In this document: piece after piece, positions 40,901 through 55,618 of the stretch
How the letters are laid out: the number at the start of each line of letters is the position of its first letter
Position numbering within the stretch: the stretch's first letter is position 1
Assembly (NCBI GenBank): GCA_046563655.1
Contig: CM102290.1
Span: 1,426,001-1,490,000 of the forward strand
Reading direction: 5' to 3'
DNA: 64,000 nt
Source: Yuukianura sp. NJ FZ-2021
Lineage: Eukaryota
Notes under the pieces: model-generated
The model's input: only the letters and a program-made list of their open reading frames with translations
What the model was told of the DNA's origin: nothing
The model's database searches: none
Program-made: the position numbers and the translations under genes

Positions 40901-43900
40901 AAGCCAATACGGAAATTAGGCGCTAAAAATAAAAGCGTCATCCATGAACAAAAGAATAAAATTTGAATCTTACCGGGCTTTAAGTGAAGTGTTCCGGATG
41001 TTGTCAAAAGGTGTTGAAAGATCACCGGAGAGGTCATAGGTCAGAGATCGTCCTGGTATTTTCTTCAAGTGGCCACTTAGTCCTATTTGGCCAGACGGCC
41101 AATTGATTCTTCCTATCACGCTCTTCGTAAGGTCAACTTGAAACGGCAAAGTTAATTTAAGAATTTAATTAAATACATTTTATAAATTTGAAATTTGCAT
41201 TTAGAATATGACCGGACGTCACAGGAATCAAAAATCCTCACATTGCAAATTTTTTTTTCAATACCTTCATGGTTTCGCGTAGAGGAGGTGATTTTGTTCC
41301 TTTGCGAATCGTCGGAGTATTTTTTCAAAGATTCAAGATCCAATTTGACTTTGGAATAATGTATTTGCGATGAGTCGAATAGTAGTAGGAAGGCGAAGCT
41401 CTTGGAAGCGTCCCGTGAGGCATCCCATTTGTAGTCCAGTCCAATCACATCCTTCGTCACCAGAATTCCAGTGTAGATGTCAGAAAACTTTCTGAAAGGC
41501 ATAAAAATAAACTTGAGTTCAATCCACAGTTCGGATAAACTAATCCTAACTGTTTAGTTACGACGACGGCTACAAAGTTAAGATGTTAAGCTCACGCATT
41601 GAACTTCGTTTCGAAGGAGAGTTCTAATCCTCTGTCATCGATTCCGGATTCAATCGTGACCGAGTAGTTGGGTCGCTCACCGGCTTGGACACTGGAATAG
41701 AGTCTATGTCGCTTACTTCCTTTGTTTATAAGCGCATGGCCCAGTTCCCAAGAATAGTTTTTCCTTTGATGTTGTGACTAAAGAACATAACAAGAACACA
41801 TTCAGAACAAAGTTCATCTGAGCCGGTAGGCATATAAACTTGCTTACAGAAGTTTCACTTTCCAATTTTATACAAATGTCCACGAAAAACTAGAGTTATT
41901 GAGAGAAATTGGAAAGGATAAAATGGCGATTTTTGCAAAAACAATTCAATTGAACATTATGTCTTTGTAAGTAGAACGGACAAACAATATTTTGCAAAAT
42001 TTTTCAGTCGAAAATTTTTGTTTAGTCGTAAAATCTGAAGCCGGTTTCGAGACACTAAAGAAAGCCATTTTTTTTGAACTTTTACATTCGTCATACCGAA
42101 GAATTTTTTTTTAAACTTGTACTCGTATTGCTTTTAAAAATCCTTACGAAGTAATTCTTAACAAAGACCACATGATTTGAACTCTGGTAGATTTCAAATG
42201 CATAGTACGTACAACAAATGTATGAGGTACGTAGTAATATTTTTTTTTAAATGAAAAAGCCTGCGATAACTGCCAGAGAAAGTGGCGGTCATGAAGCAAG
42301 TCCCAGGCAGTGAAAATAATCCTGGCAGGTATAATCCCTAATGCTCTTACGCTGTCTCTACAAATGACGACATGATCACCTACAACTTCGAAACTTGACA
42401 TGGTGTCAAGGCGTTAAAGCGCTCTTTCCAATGCCTGTTTAAAGACCATAAGGGAACTTACGCTGAATGCCACTTTGGACTCCTTGTCATCACTGTAAAT
42501 GTGACATCGTAGGTTGAGGAGTTCTTCCGGAAGAGTCCTTCCAAATTCAATCCGCAGTCCTAGGTCCTTGTCCAATTTCTGACGCCGTGTCCGATCCACC
42601 AAGCTCACTTCAGTGGATAGTGAGGCTCTACCGAACCAATTCCCTCCAACTCTTCCCTAAGGAACAATAAGAACAAAAGGACACCACCTTTGGCCGTAAG
42701 ACATCAAAGTATTAGGTCCTAGATTTTCAAATAAGCCCCCACTTTCTCCTAATGATACTTCCGCTGTCATAATTCCTCTAATAGTACATTAAATTTTCTT
42801 TCCGTTTTCTGAAGAAAAATTTCTCGCTGTGTTTCTGTATCAATTTGTTAAGAATTGTTACAGTAAAAAGCATAATAAATTAAAGTACACAGAAGTGTTA
42901 TCTACCATGAGTACAGTTTTCTTAACACAACTTATTAGTTGTTTAGACTTACGTCGTAGGTGCGTGGCGCTGTTTCCCTGAAGTGAGCACCTACTGTGAG
43001 AGGATGTTGATTGGGTATTTGAACTGTGACCCCAACGCCAAAGAGTGCCAAAGCTCCTGCCGGTGCTCTTTCCAATGCTAATGAACCCTGGATTTTCTTT
43101 CCTATTAAAAATAAGCCAAAAAAAGTCCAAAGATGAAAAATTGATCCTGGAGTGAAAGCGGAGAAAGCACGCGGGTCTTCTCCTTCTTTTTGTAATGGGA
43201 TTGGGGTTGTAGGCGCATAGGCTTTGCTGGCCAGGGGCCTTACAACTAAGGAGTTACTACTACAAAAGGAAATTATGAGAATGTAAATTGTAAGTTTCAT
43301 AGCAGAAGAAGAGAAAGTCTTCTTTCCCCTCCAACTTATTTGGAGAACTAAAGTCAACTTGCCTGGAGCATACTGAACCTTAATTGTTGAGTTCAAAGAG
43401 TTTCCCGCTGCGTTGAAACTTCCTTCGACACCCCACTGTGACTGGTGGACAGGCTGCGTGACCTCGAACAGCCAGGTCATGTCTTTTAACCCATAACTTT
43501 CTCTTGTGTCGAGACGAAGTTGAACAGAACTCCGGTCCAACCCCGTTCCTAGGTTAAATTCTCCTTCGGACGTCAAGGTCTCATCTCCCCTCTAATTGAA
43601 TTAAATGATGTTGCATTTTAATAATAGTTCTAAATCTCATGTTTGAACTTAATTAAATTTTGGAAAATTGAGTATGTTAAATATTAGATGTTCCGGTAGT
43701 ATAAGTTTTAACTGTGTACGGCGACGGAGTAAAAATTAAAAATTGTGGTAACAGGCACTAAGTTTGCTGTAAATTTTCGTAATTTGCGGAAAAGCGTCAG
43801 TAGGACAGTTGAAGATGTCGTCTTGTAATGTGTTATCTGCGCCCAAAGATCATGGTGTGTCACCCAAAAGACGCTTGGTGGCTGGTAATTATGAATCCGG

Positions 43901-46900
43901 GAGCAGTTAGTGGAGGGAAGTTCAAGTGTGTTTGGGAAAGTGGGTGCATGTTAGGGAGGAATATTAATGTATTAATGTGCGTCCTCCTGTCGTATCGCAT
44001 TTCCGGAGAAAGTCTGCGTTCTGAAGCACATACTGTGGGAGCATCGATGTATTATGCATGCACTGGAGGAGCAGCCATTGCAGAAGGGAAAGAACTCTCG
44101 AGTTCAAGTAGGCATTTCCTTCTATAAATTAACCTAAGCGACCGTTAAGAGAATTTCCGACTCCTATACAGAGTCACATACTTTCCAAATTACGACCTCT
44201 GCCACAACAGGGTTAGACTTATGCACGCACATACAAATTAAAAAAAAAGATCTCCAAAAATATGAATCCGAAGCATAAGTCGCTGAGAGTCGTAATTTAT
44301 GAAAGGTTGCTAATGCTAACCAATATCAAGCGGCTCGAAAATTTTGGAGCAATCACAAAACTCAACAACTTTTCATTTGACTGTTGTAAAAATTATGTGG
44401 GCATGACTGGAGATATTTTTGGCAGTTGTTCTTTCAAAAATTCAACCCTTGTTTTAAACAATAAGCGATTAAAACGTTTAAAAGCATGTTTAAATCGTCC
44501 GTTTACAACAAAGATACCCTGGTGATGGTAACTAGTACACAAACATCCAAAAAGAAAAAAAAAAGTCGAGACCTGATACTTCCAAGATGCTTCCAAATTG
44601 TAGTCTGGGAATTGGGAGAAACTGAGACTGAGATTTGTATCGATTGTATCTTTGACCTCGTCGTCCCGGCCCCAAGCCTCTTTCCTGATTTCTGACTTCC
44701 ACTGGACTTTTTGCATTGAGGTCGAAGTTCCCTCTGATCCTCCATTGTATATCACTTCCCATTCGACCAGTTGCAGGCGACTGGCATTGGAGGACCCATT
44801 GAGGCGGATATGGACAGGCGAAGAAGATTCGAAACTCAGGAGGCCATTTCCGCCAAACTCTAATCCACCTTCAGTCTGTTCCAAGTGCAACGTCGCTAGA
44901 GAAAAAAAAACAGCAATGTACATCATGGTTGGCATGGATTTTTATTTTCTCTTAGCAATATGCGCTGCAGAGGTCATTTTTAATAAGTTCTGAAAGGCAC
45001 TTTGAACAATACTTCCGACATCGACAAGCCCGTACTATTGTTATGTAGTCTCTTTTCGGCCAATCTGAACTGATTTGTATAAATCCTCTTTATTTCAGGC
45101 GGATGTGCAAGGAGGCATAGTTTTTGAAAAAGAAAGCATTAATTGAGTGTCAGTAGGGATCATAGGGGAGTGGAGATTAGGATAGAGAAAGTGTATGGTA
45201 TTTGAGAAATGTTGACCTGGTGGATGGGTGTTTAGAGGCTGTCTGTAGGTGTTGGTTGAGTGGAGAAAGTGGCGGTGGAAGTGGTAAGCGGCCCTTTTAA
45301 GGCCACTGGTACTTTGTAAACCACAGAGCATTATTTTCCACTTTACCATTTCCATTCAGAATCCGACTGTTGTAGAGCTTAATAAGAATTTCGGGTTCTA
45401 GAAGAGCTTTTCCATTTCCCGCTCCTGTCTTGACGAATGAAATCATGGCGGCCAGGAGTTGGACATTATTTGAAACTGCGGTAACATCCACTTTCCCACC
45501 AGATCCATCCCTTTCCAGCATCCCTGCAAAGCAGTACACAATGAATAAAAAATCAACGACGGAATGCGTTGCATACGCGAATACGCCGCAAAGCGCATCT
45601 ACGTCTCTTAAACTTTCACTACGCTCCTTCTGCACGGAGAAAAAACACCCTACTTTCACCCCGTTAAATTCTAAAACCTTTTTTCTTAATAAACCTTTTA
45701 CGTACAGAAGGTATAACTTTTCTCAGGCTTTTCTTCCAGCCATTAAGAAAACATAAAAAAAAATTAACAAATTTGTTTTCTTTACTTAAGCTTGTTTTCG
45801 TGTATTGTTTTCTATATAAAGAGAGCAACATTCCGAAGTTGTGATGATCTAACTGCATATAGTTTTTAAAGTTAACAATAAAAATTTCCAAAATCCAAAT
45901 CGCGTTTAGGTTATATTTTCTATTTTCAGATGCGGATTTCATTCCCGTCGAAATTACGATTTCATCTCTTAATATAGCAAAAAAAAGTTAAGTTATAACC
46001 GGAGTGTCTCTTGGGTTACATGATATCCCTTACCTGTAACTGTAAGTTTTTTCCCGGGTAGACTAATTCCAAGAGCCAAGTTTTGATTAATCCTGTCCAT
46101 GTCGTATGTAATGCCATAGGACATTGTCTGTTGAGCACTTTTAATCCCATGAGTTGCCTCTAGCTTCGTGTTCGTCTGAAAAAGAACTTGAGACTTATAC
46201 GCATTCAATTACATTTACGCACAAGAGAGACACGGAGATGATATGCGAACAACAGGATCACCATAACGCTGACCTGTTACATCTTTTCGGGGTTTAAAAT
46301 CACAGCAGTTAGTTAATAGTAATGGAAAATGGAACGGTAAGTGCCTATGCTATGTTAGTGCTTTGCTCTTACTAACGCACAATGTTGGAGTTAATAGTGT
46401 CAGTTGTCTTGTAGTCAAGGTAGTTTAAACATTGAATATGACAGAAAATTGGTCTCTGACCTCGTTTTTGAGCCACATGTAGGTGACCTTGGTACTGAGA
46501 AGCGAAGGATCCGCTTTCTCGAGAACAACATTGAAGAAGGCGGGGCCGTTGAGTGGAAAGTAAGGGCTGGACAGGTCATCCACTTCGGAATTTGGACTTA
46601 AATTAAAGTGAAAGGAGCGGCAGAGTTTGAGGCCAAACATTTCCTGGAAGAAACCGCCGGAACACACCAGGGGTTTCTGTGGGTGTTCACCAACTATTCT
46701 AGCTATTCTGCCCTGTACAAACAGAAGCTCCGACCTGCAAAACATTTCAACATCATAGAATTCCTGCACGTTACTATTACCTAAAACCCAACACTTTTTT
46801 TTTAGAAAAGCGGTTTCTAAGAATTGCTTACTTGTATTCTAGTAGGTCCAATTGAGTCTGAGGTAGGCCGAATTCGGCCTGGAGCAGTTCTGTTCCGCGA

Positions 46901-49900
46901 ATATGAAATGTACCGTCAACGGCCGTGGACGAACGAAGGTGAGCTTTGATTTTGATTCCAGTTTGAAAATTGGCTGTACCAAAGATCATACTTCCTGTCA
47001 CAGCTAAAATTGCACTACGAGTATTTTTGTCATTTAGCTTTGAAACATTTACAAAAAATAGCTCCAAACGCATGTAAACTTTTTCAGTACCTCGGTTTCA
47101 ATTTCCCTTTGACCTTGAATTCTGAAATTTCGGAAATGAATTCCGTTTCTGAATCCATTTTTATCAGAACTGACGCTTGGGCAGTAAGGTTAAGAGGAAG
47201 TCCCATTCCAGTTGGAATTATGTAAGTGGAATCCAGAAACATCTTGGATTTTTGAAAATTTGAATTCTAAATAAAGATTTGAAATGCAAAACTTTGTTTT
47301 TTTTAACAAATTGAGAACATAAAGTTTTATTTAAATCTAACCTGTTTGGCTAAACTCTTCACCCATTCAAAAGGATTAAGTGCTTCAATGAAATCTGAAT
47401 TATTGGCTACTCCGACACTCCGTTTGAACAATATTTCATTCCCAAATGTTTTTAAGGAGAGGGAAGCCTACAGAAAGTTATTATTGAAACATACCGGTAT
47501 TTTTCAAAAATTATAAATTTGAAATATTTTGACGTTACGGTCGGATCTAAATTGTATCTGCGCATTGCATCAAATTCGACTGCCAATTGTTTTAGTCTTC
47601 GTTTATTTGGCGTTGCTCGTTTTTCTCGAAACGAGGACACAATGCTGTATAGTTCTTTGTTGCGGAACTTTCCATTTGGACCAAAAAGAGACTCAATGTA
47701 GTGTTCGAAATTTTCTAAACGAACTGTCGCCTGCAATGTTAGTGACAATTTAAAAAAGAAACATGCTTTTCATGAAAATAAAAAGAAAGTTTCCATTACT
47801 TCAAAAATGTTGATGGATTCACCAAAGAGGTCAACTGTCAAATTGAGACTGGTGGATCGTGGAAGGTAGGATTTTTGTGAAAATATTAAATTACTTTCAA
47901 GTCCTACTCCTATAACCCAAAAAATAAAAATTTAGTAATGCAGGGTTTTTTTTTAACAGAGTGAAAAAGCGGAAATTAAGAAAAAGTAAAACACGAACAA
48001 TTTTTGTGTTGAACACTTTCCACTCCCCCTTCTCCAACTTACCAAAGTTGAAATCATCATAAAAAGTAGAAACTTCAAAACTCCGAGAAAATTTTCGAAA
48101 GTCCGCAGAAAACTTTTTTGAGAAGTTTTCATCGGAAACGAGGCCTTGGAGCTCAGCTTTACTAGGCAAAGCCGTTTCCTGAAGATTTCTTAAGTATGAC
48201 ACTACGAACGAGCCCACTGGGTGTTTTTTTTAAATGAAAGAAACATTTAGAAAAATTAAAACAACAAACATGCACGTTCAAGTTAAAAAAAAGTGTTAAA
48301 AACGAACCTTGGTTTACTTCCTCAACTTCTAGGAGTTTCCTAATCCATTTGATTGTTTCGTAATTTGGGCAGCGCATAATACTCACAAATGCGGCAATTC
48401 GTACTTCTGAATCTTCGTCAGGATTTTTAAAAATATTTTTCATGAGATCTATTTCTGGATTGCACCCCATTCGACTGCAAAAAAAAATTCCAATTAACAA
48501 AATTTAATATCTGGAAAAGAACATGTTCAGAACCATTGAACCATGGTAGTCACTTCAATTTAACTAAATAAGAATCGTCCAATTTAAGTTAAGGAAAAAC
48601 ATACCGGTAGGCTTCAATCGCTGCCACTCTAATTTCAGTTCGATCTCTATCATTTCTCTGAATGCATCTCGCAACAGCATCCCTCACTCCGAGGGAATAG
48701 ACTCCAAAGTTCCCAATTCCCCTGAGGTACATCAGAATCTAAAGAGGGAGAAAACAAACGGAGGGAAAGTTGGATTTTGAAAGTTGGCGCTTTGGCAATG
48801 GTAGTTGAAGATGATAATGAGACTGTGAGCCCACCGCCTGCCACCAATTACCTGTTCAACATCCCGACCATGTCGAGCCACACAGCCTGTGTGAGCAAAG
48901 AACTTTTTGTAGAGTCGGCTGAGGATATCAATCGGTCGATGGGCGGAACAGTTTGAATTAGTTTTGCAGTACGAATGAGCCAGTGTAGAGAAGCTCAGAA
49001 GAATCTGAGGGTAGTTCCCGCGTTCTTTCAAAATGTCCACGGCTTCTTCCATCAGGGCCAACGATGGTCTCGGAATGTAGGTTAAGGAGTCAATCCAACT
49101 CCGCACTGTGGCTGCCGAAGAACCGTTACGTTTCAAAATTTGCTCTTTAATTACATGAACCGAGGCTGCGGTTCCTACAGCTTCCAGGGCGTCATCAAAC
49201 GGAGTCCTTAAAAAAAGGAGATAGAATTTTGAAATTTTTAATTCACTTCCACGTCTCATTCACCAAAATAGTTTCGTTGAACGAGTTTTTTGTTTTGAAA
49301 TTTGTGAAAATTTCGGACTGTGAAAATTGGATTTCGTGTCCTGGCGCTTTGTCTAACCTGTCACCTTGACAAATATTTGTTGCTTCGTCACTAAGGCTCA
49401 TCATGTCAGTGGACTCGAGTCCACGCAAGACACTGACGAGTGTTTCAAATGAATCTCCTGCAGATTTCTCCACGCCATCCTGTTTAGAAAAACATGAAAA
49501 AATAAAATATTAAATCCTTCCTATTTTTCAAAGTTGGTGGAACTGAAGCCAAGGCCGCAATAAAGAAAAAGCAGACTGGAAGATGTTCCAAGCCAAGTTT
49601 TGTGCTGCATCGATTAACTTCCTTTCTGTTCCTAATTACCTTGAGGGCGGCACAGAACGCTCGAAGTGCACCTTGAGCCGTGGTTCTATCATTAGGGTTT
49701 GGAGGAATGTGGTAGTCGTGTTTAAATTGTAATGTGTCTCTGCGCACCACGTCTGTCTGAACCATGGGAATTAAATGGGCAAACATCGGGTCAAGGAAGT
49801 CAGAGACTGTTGGAATGCCTTCATCCTCGTTTCTAGACCCCTCAACTTTAGATGGATCGTGAACTGAGGTCAGGTCAAGTTGTTGATGGATTCTAGTTTG

Positions 49901-52783
49901 TGCTGCTCCTGTTCCTCGAGACAGAGACTGAAGTTTGTGTACTTCAAAACATTGGACACTGGAAATCAAGTTTCGATCCACCACATGTTCACATTCACTC
50001 GTCGAAGAAACGGCGGGCATTGATTGGTGAAGCTGCGCAAATATGAAAAAGAATTTGTACGTTGTTTCAAAAGAATCAATTTCAATATAATTTTGCTGCC
50101 TTCATTTTGTTTTTAGTTGCATTTGGATAGTCATTGCTGTGATTATACCGTGCCAAAGTGATACGGCGTTCCTTGAACACTGGACAGAATTCCAAACTTG
50201 TCTCCACACGACCCAATGTCCTTCGTTCGTTCAATTGTGAGGTTACTGGCTGTGGCCATCCCTAGTCTATACTCCGTTTTACATCTTCCGTGAATGTCAT
50301 CCTAAAATATTAATCAAAGCGTATTTGATTTGTAACAATTCTGATACAATTGAATTAAGATTCTAAGAGTTCTTCGATTGACTTTTTCAATGCAGCGTTC
50401 CTACTTGCGGAGTGATGTGTGTGGGTTTTTGGGAGAAAGCAGAGCTTTCACTTAAGGGTTGGACAAAGGAGGCCTTGAGCTTGTTATTTCTTCCCAAAGC
50501 CATTTCATTCATCCCATGACTCCATAAATCACATTTTCATTCAACGCCCTTCTTCACTACCACCTCCGCCTTCACTCCCATGGCAGGACCTCAAGGAAGA
50601 GGGCCAACGAGGCCCTCAACGGCATAGGGGCGCCGATTTCAAATCTTCCCGCCAACTTTTAGCACCTCCATTTCCCTGATTTTATGGAATCTTTACAAGT
50701 GTTTACAGTGATGGGACTCCAGGGGGAAGCCTATCTTCTCCTAAATCAAGAATTATATCACATACTTTCTCCTCCTTGTGCCATTCTGTATCTAAACCAC
50801 AAACAAAAACTTCACACACAAAATGAAAATGTATTGAGCACAACTGGAAATCAATCAAATTCTATTCAATCTTTCTCCTAAAAATAAAATGAAAGGGAAA
50901 AACCTATTCGTCAGTTGAACATTTTCACTTTCAATTGAACTTTACAAATTCAGGCAACCCGAATAGGAGAAAGTAATTTTTTTGGCTGTTCTCCGCTGCC
51001 CGCAAAATTTAGATAGGCGTTGTTTTTTAAGTTAAAAAGAAGTTGCCTAACCTCTTCTCCTTTGTGTTCCAAGTCTAATCTCCTCATTGTGTTCTGCAAG
51101 GAGGACAGTAAGCCACGTTTGACGTTGAGCATCAAAATTGATTCCTTGGGATTTGGACAAATTTCTTCGATGACTCCATCAATGTAGGAGAAGCTGCGCA
51201 AGAGAATACAATTTGGAAATTAAAGACAGTAGAGATTAGGAGCCTTTGGAAGCAATTTTAATTTTCGGATTTTGAGAATGGATTTGTATAAGTAGGAAGT
51301 AAAGAGTGCGTGTCAGGAATTAAAGAGAAACTGCATTTTCAAAAAGAACTTCTTGTAAAAATATAACAAATTGATCTTATTCTGGATTAGTTTAGTCTTA
51401 CGCTTTTGTTTCAACAGTAAAAAAAATATCTTGGACAACAAAATAAAATGGTTTGGGAACATTATAAACTCTTTTAAGCAGTTGAGTAGAGTTTGAATAC
51501 TTTTGCTCGCAATTGCTAAGAGAAATACTTCGTGTCAAAATACTCGAAACATCAATACCCTTTGCCTCGTTTGCAATTTCTAGCACAAATATTTCAAAAT
51601 AGTCAACCGCATAAAAAAGACAATGAACATTAAGTTATGTTACCGAAGTGGAAACTGTTGAAGTCCTTTGGAGAAAGTTTCATCGGAGTCCAGGCGGGAG
51701 AAATGATGATTTTCTGAAACTGAGTTGCTTGGAATATGCGATTCCCAGACATGGACCTCTCCCATCTGAAAACAACGACACATACACATATCTTAATCGA
51801 AATGTAGTGCATATTAGCAGTTTTAGATGCCATAGTGTATTTTGCTGTTTGATTGAATATCGTTTTTGACACTTCCAGGCGGATTTGGAAAGTATGAGAC
51901 GAAGAGAAAGCAAATGCATCTGGATTTGCGTTGGCGTTTACTTCCGCAGTAAATAAAATACGCCTGGCCTAACCTTTGGAACTGAAGCGTGAACCGCAAG
52001 AGTGTTCATTTGTAAAATTTAATTATTCGTGTCAGGTCGAACAGATGATTCCATTGAGAAGTTGCAAGCGTTGACACTGACATGTGGGGGAAAGGGGGCA
52101 GGGGTGACTTGGAAAAAGCATTCGCTGGAGACTTACGCTCAGCACGGCTTCACATCCAGTGAGAAACTTGATTGCAATGGCAGATGACATGTGCAATCCA
52201 GACTCCTCGCCTGGACCACCCTCGATGGACGTCGTAACATTGACGGTGTAGTCGTAGGAGTAAACTGTTCCAGCCTTGTAGTGGAACTTCTTCGGTTCTA
52301 CCTCACAACAAATTCCCAAATTCAACGTATTTTCCAATAGTTAACGCTCAAAGTCACAATTGACCTTAATGACCTTACCTTTGCACTGCACAAGTCCACA
52401 TATATGCCGCTCTCGAAATGAACCTAGTTGATGTGAACATTTCAAAAGTTTTCGTAAAATTTAATAAGCAAAGTTAAAAGCTAAGGTAAATTAGGGTGCA
52501 CATAAGGGGTGGTTTAAATTGGGAAATGACGTCGTTAGGTTGGATCGTAACTGTGAAAGCACTGAGAGCAATTCCCGGTGACTGACGATAATTGAAGTTG
52601 ATTTAGGAAGTAAAGACAGTGCGGAGCATAAGAAATGGGTGTTATAAAACAAAGGAAAAGACATGGAGACTCACTGGCTTCAATTGTGCTAATGGCCGCA
52701 TTGTCCAGAATAACAAGTAGGACAAAGACGACATTCCACTTCCAGCAGGACTCTCCGGATACGGATTCCAAGTAATACTTCAT
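22963..52783 (-). CDS. Apoltp: Large lipid transfer protein, apolipoprotein LTP (Apoltp)/apolipophorin-like; about 70 exons, more than 4000 aa
   Basis: Signal-like first exon (52783-52675). Vitellogenin_N-type motifs (FHYKAGTVYSYDY, LNVKRGLLSSLQN, EDDIHGRC, GIGNFG, DSEVRIAAF..MRCP, NQVGSFVVSYLRNL, DFRKFSRSFE, SYLPRS) and furin site REKR. Long beta-sheet region with TPF-type repeats, LRMNHSRLVTSKLIWRP, a VWD domain (HFFTFDGK..GGLLGT), C8-like and vWA-like segments, and an acidic tail ending at TAA 22963-22965. Exon chain traced by hand; a few internal boundaries are uncertain. Confidence 0.9.
31109..31344. mobile_element. Foldback MITE, 236 bp, TA-flanked, in an Apoltp intron
   Basis: About 105-bp imperfect inverted arms (e.g. 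AGAAACTGGGCAAAATACAAA / TTTGTATTTTGCCCAGTTTCT). Ends are CAGGAAAGT / ACTTTTCTG, with TA on both sides (31107-31108 and 31345-31346). Confidence 0.85.
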
Positions 52784-55618
52784 TCTTCTGGAAATTGGCT
52801 CACACCTTGGCATCTAACCTAACTTTCACTTTCACCAGAGCCAGAACCCCGCAACACTCATGCTCCCACGGCTCAGCAACTGGGGGAAAATGGGCAATTG
52901 AACACTGGACCTGTTACGAAATCAATCACTCCTTAAACAACCTCACCAATGTTTACTCAAGTGACGACTTAATATTGTTCGAGGTTAGTCTTTACTCAAA
53001 GTCAAGCCCAAATGTGTAAATTTAAATGAAAAAATCCAAGAAATCACTGAACAAAATCCTACTTTTGCTTCCGATCAGTAACTTTCAACCACGACCTCTT
53101 GAAACCAGGCACTGCACGGGGTGGTAGCTTTCGAATGTGATGACTGTGCTTGACACTGGTGATGAGAATGATTTAAAAAGACCTAAATTTGCTGTTTACT
53201 TTATCTTCAAGGGTAAGTCAGCGTAAGTGGAAAATGGACCAGAACAGGACGCTTCCACCCCTCCTTCTCCCACGACGAAGATCAATTAGCTCCTCCAGCA
53301 CAACCAACAAGGGCAAAGGTCATGCAGAACTTTTAGTAAAAAATGTAGCTAACGTTCTCTCTTCACTGTAATATTTATCGCATCAGCATGTCACGTCCAG
53401 ATTAAATTTAGTTAGCTCTAGAACGTCCCACCACAAATTGAATGAATCAGCGACACGTCAGTCCTCACTTTATTTCGTTGCGCAAGTTTGACAACTCTGT
53501 GCGCTGTACTTTTCTTCCTCTCGTAAAACGACTCAATTTCTTAATTTAAGTTAGCAGTGGAAAGACAATTCGCTTATGACAATTGTCCCCAATTTAAAAA
53601 TTTCCATTTCAATTATGCTTTTATTTCCATTTTAATCGTTAAATTTTCAGGTTTTGTTCAATTTGTCCAGCTAATCAGGCAGTCTAAAGTCGAATCTTGA
53701 TGAAAACGTTAGTTAAACAATGTCAACAGTTACCAACATCCATGACTCTTTATTTAGAAAATAGCCTGCTCTGGATATTAATTTAAAAGACTACAGTTTA
53801 AAATCCTATATTTACAATTTATTTCTACAGTTTTTAGTTTCTGGGATACGGGAAAAGGGACTCTTTGGAATTTCTTGAAAAACGCCCATACACTACATGT
53901 GTAGTTTCAAAAAAGACTGATCTTAAAATAATGTATTTACTACAATTAATTTAAATGTAACAATCGTATCGTAATCTTAACTAAAATATTAACAGTTAAT
54001 CTTGAATCCTAAATTTTACTGAAAATAAATGAGTGCTATTCAAAGTTTACTGAAACTTTACATTTAAGTTCCATTTTACCAAAAAAATTTTCAAAAAAAA
54101 AACGGTTGAGCACCATCTTGCTGCTCTCTGTATTATATTTTTACAAAATGTCAAATGTGCATTGACACACAAATAACAAAAAAAAAAGACGATTTTAAGA
54201 AAGACAGATTACTTTAAAAATTACAATCTTAATTAGTGACAACATTTCTAGCACCACCGTACATAATTTTAGTTATTTTCAGTAAATTTCTGGAACAAGT
54301 AACTAACAGTTTATGCCGCAATTTTCTATATTTCTACAAAACTTATCTTACCAAAACCTCTCTACTAGGGTGGGGAACTTATCTTTTTTTTTGAATGAAA
54401 GTGCTAAATGTGCATGCTGAATGATTGAAATGTGATATGCACCAAATGCGCATGCGACTGGGTAAATTGTAAGGAATGGATTCCATGTCTAGCTTTTTAA
54501 AAAAGACTTGCGTCATATTGCTTTTCATTTCAAGTCATTTTTTCAAACTTTTTTGAATTTTAAAAAGAGCATTAACTTTCATAAAAATAGGTTTTTAACT
54601 CTCGTTGATGAACCCTGCACTAAAATTAGCCTAACCCACACCCTCTCCTCGCGCATCGATATGCTAAACACATTGTACAGTTTAAAGTAAAGATCCAGTT
54701 AGTGTATTATGGTCATGCGCACAGCTTGGACTTAGACTTACCCTTGAAGGGTTCAGAAAAACATGTTAAATGATAGAATGATAATCAGTTAAATGATATT
54801 CAGCTTACCACGTTAGATACCATGAAATATGCTATACATGTGTATGAAACGTTTGTCAGGCCTGAAAAAATCGTCAGTGTGGCGCATGCGCACGAAGGAA
54901 AGATGTTTCACAAATGAAGAAATGAACGCCTCATTGATTGGCTCTCTGTCGTTTAAAAAGGAAGCACCGTTTTGAGAAAAAAAACAAGGTTATGAAAAAA
55001 GTCTGAAAATTCAACCGAAACCTTGGTATTTAGGCGTAAGGTTTTAAAACTAAATATTCAAACTAAATTGAGAAAACCGTGAGAAAATCAGGGTCTACAT
55101 GCTACAACTTCAACTACTTTTTCTCTCGTGGAAATTGAAGGGGTGAAAGGGTCAAGGGTCACTTTTACAATTATTATTAACAGGGACTTAAATCGACTCT
55201 ACCTGTTTCGTCTGCTTGTCTAAACATAAATACCTGGGAAGGTACATTTTGTTACTAAAAGTTCTACGTTATTTATGTCTCACTCCATTAGAAGATAAGT
55301 GCGACGACTCCTTAAGTGCCCTTCCCTTTGACCTCGAAACACCCATAGGCTTCTCTGGAGATTTTTTTAGCCTGAAATGAGGAGCTATTTGGAACTTTTC
55401 TCTGTCCAGCAGGAAGAATAGTGGAAATGTCCAGAGTATTTGAAGTCATAAGAACGTTTAAGTTCTAAATATACGCACTGGAAAAAAAATGTTTGGAAAT
55501 TTTTTTTGAAGAGTAATTGAATGCTAGCCAGGCACTGCACGGCAAGAAACTTGGTTTTGGAATCAAACTATAAAGATGTTTTGTGCTTTACAAAATAGTT
55601 GACTTGATGACTGTTCTA

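Noticed and set aside
43828..44127. 99-aa nested ORF in an Apoltp intron
   Set aside because: No recognisable motif or splice partners; more likely one of the G-rich non-coding islands.
53105..55542. 15-bp direct repeat CCAGGCACTGCACGG at 53105 and 55528 as a large TSD
   Set aside because: The enclosed 2.4 kb has no TIR, LTR, poly-A tail or ORF and looks like Gfrl 3' UTR plus Apoltp upstream DNA; a chance match is plausible.
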